DNA from: Candidatus Heimdallarchaeota archaeon
GTDB lineage: Archaea; Asgardarchaeota; Heimdallarchaeia; Heimdallarchaeales; Heimdallarchaeaceae
Length of the DNA: 20,329 nt
Assembly: GCA_030668875.1 (NCBI GenBank)
Contig: DAOVER010000053.1
Location: 1 to 20,329, forward strand
Direction of reading: 5' to 3'
How positions within the stretch are numbered: position 1 is the first letter of the stretch; each line of letters begins with the position of its first letter. Shown here piece by piece: positions 16,497 through 20,329 of the stretch. The position numbers and the translations under genes are program-made. The notes under the pieces are model-generated. The model did no database searches. It saw only the letters and a program-made list of their open reading frames with translations, and was not told the DNA's origin.

Positions 16497-16661
16497 GTCA
16501 TTTCTAAACAATTGCCTTCTATATGAAGAGTATTTTTCTTCTTTTTCAACAGAAAATTTAGCGGGACGAGGTGAAACTACTCGTCCACCACAGGAAGGAC
16601 ATTTTTCTGTATTCAAAGTATATCTACTACATGCTATACATTTGAATATTGATTTTGTCAT
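16482..16661 (-). CDS. nop10: H/ACA RNP protein Nop10 (59 aa), missing from the ORF track
   Basis: MTKSIFKCIACSRYTLNTEKCPSCGGRVVSPRPAKFSVEKEEKYSSYRRQLFRNDLNTS: zinc ribbon plus PxPxKFS..KY..YRR, directly downstream of eif2a. Confidence 0.95.
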   Translation of the reverse strand: MTKSIFKCIACSRYTLNTEKCPSCGGRVVSPRPAKFSVEKEEKYSSYRRQLFRNDLNTS

Positions 16662-16681
16662 TCTATCTCAATCCTTTTGGT

Positions 16682-17470
16682 TTAAATAACCTTTACTGCA
16701 GCTTTGTATCCCTCTAAGGTTTGTTCCACTGTCTCTATTGCTTTAGATACTAGTGCTTCAGCTAACACGTAATCACGAGCAGAAATGACGAATCTGTAAA
16801 TGGGTGCTCCTCTGGCATAAACTTCCATATCTAATTCTTTTTCTTCTGCTTCAACATCTTTTCTAGCATCTTTTGCCTTTTGTAATGCTTCGCGAATTAA
16901 CACAATTCCATTACTTTCCCAGCAAGTAATTTCAATATCTCTTGTGATGTTCACTTTTGGGATAGTAAGATTCTTTTTTGCTATTTGAGTTAAAACAGAT
17001 GCCCATTCTTCAGAGATATCAGCTTCAGTAAAAGCGATTTCTCCTTTGAATAAAGATTCTTCTAATGCTTGATATAGACTACCATAATATCCTGAAGCAA
17101 CGTCTTCAACTTCACTTCTAGCTACTTCGAAATCGATTTTTCTTTGCTTTGCACCCATTTCTAGAAGCGTGATTGCTGTTTTGTAGTGCTTCCATTCTTC
17201 TACTTTCTTTCTTTTTAATCCATCAGAGACCCTTTTGATGCTTATGTCAATTTGGTTCTCTTTGACACGCATAACACGTCCGACAACCTTTTTACCAATT
17301 CGCATAACGTTTCTGATATTCCTAACCCATGTAGAACTAACTTCGGATACATGACAATAGGCTTGTAAATCCTCATACTCGTCTAAGTTAACATATACAC
17401 CATGACCAAAGATTTGTTTCACAGTACCTATTACTAAGGCGCCGTGTTCAGGAAGGTTTCGTCTACTCAT
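16682..17470 (-). CDS. eif2a: Translation initiation factor 2 alpha subunit
   Basis: S1 domain LPEHGALVIGTV...HVSEVSSTWVRNIR, IDISIKRV and RGAPIYR. Confidence 0.97.
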   Translation of the reverse strand: MSRRNLPEHGALVIGTVKQIFGHGVYVNLDEYEDLQAYCHVSEVSSTWVRNIRNVMRIGKKVVGRVMRVKENQIDISIKRVSDGLKRKKVEEWKHYKTAITLLEMGAKQRKIDFEVARSEVEDVASGYYGSLYQALEESLFKGEIAFTEADISEEWASVLTQIAKKNLTIPKVNITRDIEITCWESNGIVLIREALQKAKDARKDVEAEEKELDMEVYARGAPIYRFVISARDYVLAEALVSKAIETVEQTLEGYKAAVKVI

Positions 17471-17493
17471 TAGAATCAGTAATCTTTCTATAG

Positions 17494-17507
17494 TTTATAT
17501 TTAAAAA
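17494..17507. promoter_or_regulatory. Shared AT-rich TATA region between divergent eif2a and DUF99
   Basis: TTTATATTTAAAAA lies 24-37 nt from the eif2a ATG and 33-46 nt from the DUF99 ATG at 17540. Confidence 0.45.
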
Positions 17508-17515
17508 GTTACTTA

Positions 17516-18121
17516 ATGAATAGAAACAATCACAAAATAATGAAAGATTGTATTAGAACAATTGGAGTTGATGATGCAGCTTTTCAAAGAAAAACATCAA
17601 AAAATGCATTTGTTTTTGGTGTGATTGTCAGAGGGTATAATCTTGTTGAAGGGATATTAAGAACAATAATTGAAATTGATGGTTGGGACGCTACAGAAAA
17701 AATTGGTGAGATGATTGTATCCAGTAAATATGCCACACAATTGAGAGCTATCATATTAGGCAGTTCCACTATAGCGGCGTTTAACATTATCGATTTAAGG
17801 AATTTATTCAACATTACAGATATACCCGTCATTACAGTCTTACCTACACTTCCCAATGAAGAAAATGTAAAAACAGCTCTCTCAAATTTAGAGAATTGGA
17901 ATGAGAAATACAACACTCTTATTTCTAATCCGCCAATTGAGGAAATAATATTCAAGAATCAGATTGGAAAGCAATACAAAAAATTCTTCCAACAAGTAGG
18001 GTTTACCAATACAGAACAAGTAAGAAAAGTTATTGAAATTTCGACACATTCTAGCTCGATTCCTGAATGTCTTAGGTTGGCTGATATGATTGGTCAAAGT
18101 TTCAAAAACTACAATGTATGA
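17516..18121 (+). CDS. DUF99 family protein (endonuclease V-like fold)
   Basis: IGVDDAAF, DGWDATEKI, AFNIID and IPECLRLA. The true start may be ATG at 17540. Confidence 0.9.
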   Translation: MNRNNHKIMKDCIRTIGVDDAAFQRKTSKNAFVFGVIVRGYNLVEGILRTIIEIDGWDATEKIGEMIVSSKYATQLRAIILGSSTIAAFNIIDLRNLFNITDIPVITVLPTLPNEENVKTALSNLENWNEKYNTLISNPPIEEIIFKNQIGKQYKKFFQQVGFTNTEQVRKVIEISTHSSSIPECLRLADMIGQSFKNYNV

Positions 18122-18136
18122 TGTTAAATCATTTTG

Positions 18137-18565
18137 TTAAGCGGATATATTATTTTTTTCGCAGTAATAATTTATTAAATGTGAAAATGCTATTGAACAG
18201 AGTTTTTTTTCGTTTTTTTGATACAGATTAATATTATTGCGAATAAAGCGTGAAAGGGTGGCTATCATTTCAGGAAGTACAAGTGAGTTTTTAATGTACA
18301 AAAAACCGAGAAAAGCTTCTACAGCGTCTCCTAACTCCCCTGCATTTTTTCTTCCTCCAACATAACTTCTTAATGGAGAATTTCTACATGCTTCTGCGAG
18401 ACATTGATCCCATACTTTTACACCTTGAAGATTCTTGGTTGTTTCATATATTGCTGAATTATAAAGAAAGTTTACTAGTGAATCGCCGAATTTAGCGAAA
18501 TTATTATCGAAAAGGATGCTCTCTAGTTTTAAGGGGAAATTGTTAGGTGTGTCCAAAAAGACCAC
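18137..18565 (-). CDS. Archaeal stand-alone ribonuclease III-family protein
   Basis: AKFGDSLVNF and LGDAVEAFLG correspond to the RNase III acidic motifs. GTG start lies 5 nt after the rpo11 stop. Confidence 0.8.
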   Translation of the reverse strand: MVFLDTPNNFPLKLESILFDNNFAKFGDSLVNFLYNSAIYETTKNLQGVKVWDQCLAEACRNSPLRSYVGGRKNAGELGDAVEAFLGFLYIKNSLVLPEMIATLSRFIRNNINLYQKNEKKLCSIAFSHLINYYCEKNNISA

Positions 18566-18570
18566 CGCAC

Positions 18571-18855
18571 TTACTCAATTTTTGCTTTGCACAAATCAAT
18601 GAATTCCTTTGTATAAACACCAATGCGCTCGAGAGCCCTGTTAATCGCTTGAACAGGATCAGAAGTTTTCGTCTTCATTCTGAGCTGGAATATAAGTGAT
18701 TCGTAGAAAGATTCGTCTCTCCAATATCCTGCAAAATCTACCTTATCATCGTTTAAGAGTTCCTCACGTAATAGGTTGAATAAAGTATGTGGATCAGTAT
18801 CTTTGATATTAAGCTTAAGATACCCTTCTTCTTTTTTTAAAATTTTAATTTGCAA
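18571..18855 (-). CDS. rpo11: RNA polymerase subunit Rpo11 (RpoL)
   Basis: HTLFNLLREELL, VDFAGY and DPVQAINRALERI; TTG start preceded by GAGGA. Confidence 0.9.
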   Translation of the reverse strand: MQIKILKKEEGYLKLNIKDTDPHTLFNLLREELLNDDKVDFAGYWRDESFYESLIFQLRMKTKTSDPVQAINRALERIGVYTKEFIDLCKAKIE

Positions 18856-18927
18856 TTTTTCTTCCTCAACTGTTTCTGTTATTATGGAATTTATATATTT
18901 TATCAGTCTTGCGTTTTAAACCATTAT

Positions 18928-19623
18928 TTATCTGATGAGATGAAAATCAGATGATTTACTACTTTTTTGAAAGTCTTCGTATTTTGTTTTCACATTTTCA
19001 GAAGACAATTTTTCAATTAAATCCTCAATGCATTTTTCTGGAGATTCTGCAATCGCTAATGTATCTCTCTGATACTGGAATAAATTATGTTCTAATCCTT
19101 GATTTATAATGAATGCAGGATTATAATTTGTACAATACGAGACTGTTAAAATTACTTTTTTCATAGCTTGTGATCTAACATCTAGAGGTATATCTTGGAG
19201 AATGTTAAGCAATTCTTTAAGGACCTCTTGAACTTGTTCCATATCTGCTTTTGTGATTAATTCCTGACCTTCATGATATGACAACACACCAGAATACTGT
19301 AAAACTGAACTTAAACTATCCAACGAAACGATTTTTGTGCTTATTTGCTGAATAACTTGTAAATGATGAGAATAATAACCATCATTATCAGGAGTAACAG
19401 AATTTGATATCATCTTTCCAAATTTTTTTACGGTTATAACAGATTGCAACACAGTCTCTCTTTCTCCAAAAAGACGAACTCTTATCCCACCTTGTTTATA
19501 GTTTAGGAAAAACTCTACATGTTCTAGCGCTTTGGACAAAACCTCAATGAAGAACTGAAGATGATCCTTATTTGAAAGACTTATATGTACATCTTTTGTT
19601 GTTGCCTTAGTCAAAATTATCAC
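18928..19623 (-). CDS. DUF2067 family protein
   Basis: N-terminal beta-alpha pattern (LQFFIEVLSK..IRVRLFG) and GQELITKADMEQV; conserved position between csl4 and rpoL. Confidence 0.7.
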   Translation of the reverse strand: MIILTKATTKDVHISLSNKDHLQFFIEVLSKALEHVEFFLNYKQGGIRVRLFGERETVLQSVITVKKFGKMISNSVTPDNDGYYSHHLQVIQQISTKIVSLDSLSSVLQYSGVLSYHEGQELITKADMEQVQEVLKELLNILQDIPLDVRSQAMKKVILTVSYCTNYNPAFIINQGLEHNLFQYQRDTLAIAESPEKCIEDLIEKLSSENVKTKYEDFQKSSKSSDFHLIR

Positions 19624-19644
19624 CAGAAGAGATTTTAATAATAT

Positions 19645-20250
19645 TTAGAGTTTATATCCTAAATGCCCACTGCCAAAATCGATTGCAGTTTTTCTATTTT
19701 CAATGTTTGAACACTTAGAACATTTCAACTTATTTCTTCCAATTTTATTTAATTTTCCTCCGCATAGAGAGCAATTAGATTGTATAACTCCAAGCTGAGA
19801 ACCGATTAAGGACCCTTGTAAGGGTATGGTTTTTGAATCAACAATTTTTGCGCGTATGATATCACCTGAACAGATTGCTTCATCAATTGTTTCTAAATAT
19901 TCACGGGAAACACTTGAAATATGTATAACCATTGTATATGTTGGGTGAATTTCTTGATTTTTAATCGAAAATACCGCCACACTGATTACTTGACGTGATA
20001 CATTCACCACTTTACCTAGAATGATATCATTATTTTTGGGAACAGGGGTCATTTTAGCTTTAGACATAACGGTAATTTCATGCTTTTCTAAATCAATCAT
20101 TACAAGCCCTGCTACTGAAGAATAGATGTAATCGTCAGTTGAATAAGTACCAGGACCTGCAATAAACTCTTCTGTTACTGCTAAACGTGTTCCTGGAAAA
20201 ACCAGCTCATTAGAATCTTTTTTTCTATCAAATATTTCACTATTTGCCAT
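19645..20250 (-). CDS. csl4: Exosome RNA-binding subunit Csl4
   Basis: VFPGTRLAVTEEFIAGPGTY, an S1 domain (HISSVS, GDIIRAKI) and a C-terminal CxxC..CxxC zinc ribbon with ENRK. Confidence 0.96.
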   Translation of the reverse strand: MANSEIFDRKKDSNELVFPGTRLAVTEEFIAGPGTYSTDDYIYSSVAGLVMIDLEKHEITVMSKAKMTPVPKNNDIILGKVVNVSRQVISVAVFSIKNQEIHPTYTMVIHISSVSREYLETIDEAICSGDIIRAKIVDSKTIPLQGSLIGSQLGVIQSNCSLCGGKLNKIGRNKLKCSKCSNIENRKTAIDFGSGHLGYKL

Positions 20251-20329
20251 TCTTTGTCACATTTGTCTGCTTTAGTAAAGAAAATTGTATGAGATAAAAT
20301 ATCTTTCCATTAATCACAAAGAAAGATAT

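Noticed and set aside
16489-16689. ORF-track 66-aa plus-strand ORF
   Set aside because: It is the antisense shadow of nop10 (16661-16482).
2825-18097. Remaining short ORF-track entries nested antisense or out of frame in long genes (e.g. 4938-5270, 8427-8609, 11330-11632, 17584-17955)
   Set aside because: They overlap well-supported genes and have no recognisable motifs.
1-20329. CRISPR array, transposase, integrase or rRNA
   Set aside because: I saw no regularly spaced repeats, no DDE or tyrosine/serine recombinase motifs and no rRNA-like stretch.

Overview
An AT-rich archaeal window, probably Asgard/Heimdallarchaeia-like (inferred from gene content and protein style, not proven). It has two halves. 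Right half (7570-20250), conserved information-processing core: an intron-containing tRNA-Leu(UAA), a bactofilin-like beta-helix protein with a SHOCT-like N-terminus, and the cluster srp54, divergent trmY-like, pus10, rpl21e, rpo4, DUF655, ksgA, hemK2, trmJ, METTL5-like. It continues with eif2a-nop10 (nop10 is missing from the ORF track), DUF99, and the minus-strand run csl4, DUF2067, rpo11, RNase III-like. Left half (1-7500), accessory region: three signal-peptide membrane/surface proteins (one of at least 740 aa that runs off the window edge and is missing from the ORF track) and a stand-alone SIR2_2 + flavodoxin-like (TIR/receiver-like) + TPR protein, a candidate NAD+-depleting defence effector. 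The apparent intergenic DNA of this half holds gene scars. One is a nonsense-interrupted C-terminal fragment of form III RuBisCO. The others are two copies of the 3' end of an aspartyl-tRNA synthetase gene, one well preserved and one decayed, forming a direct repeat around two cargo genes. I infer repeated insertion of cassettes at the aspS 3' end, between aspS and tRNA-Leu; this is a testable hypothesis.
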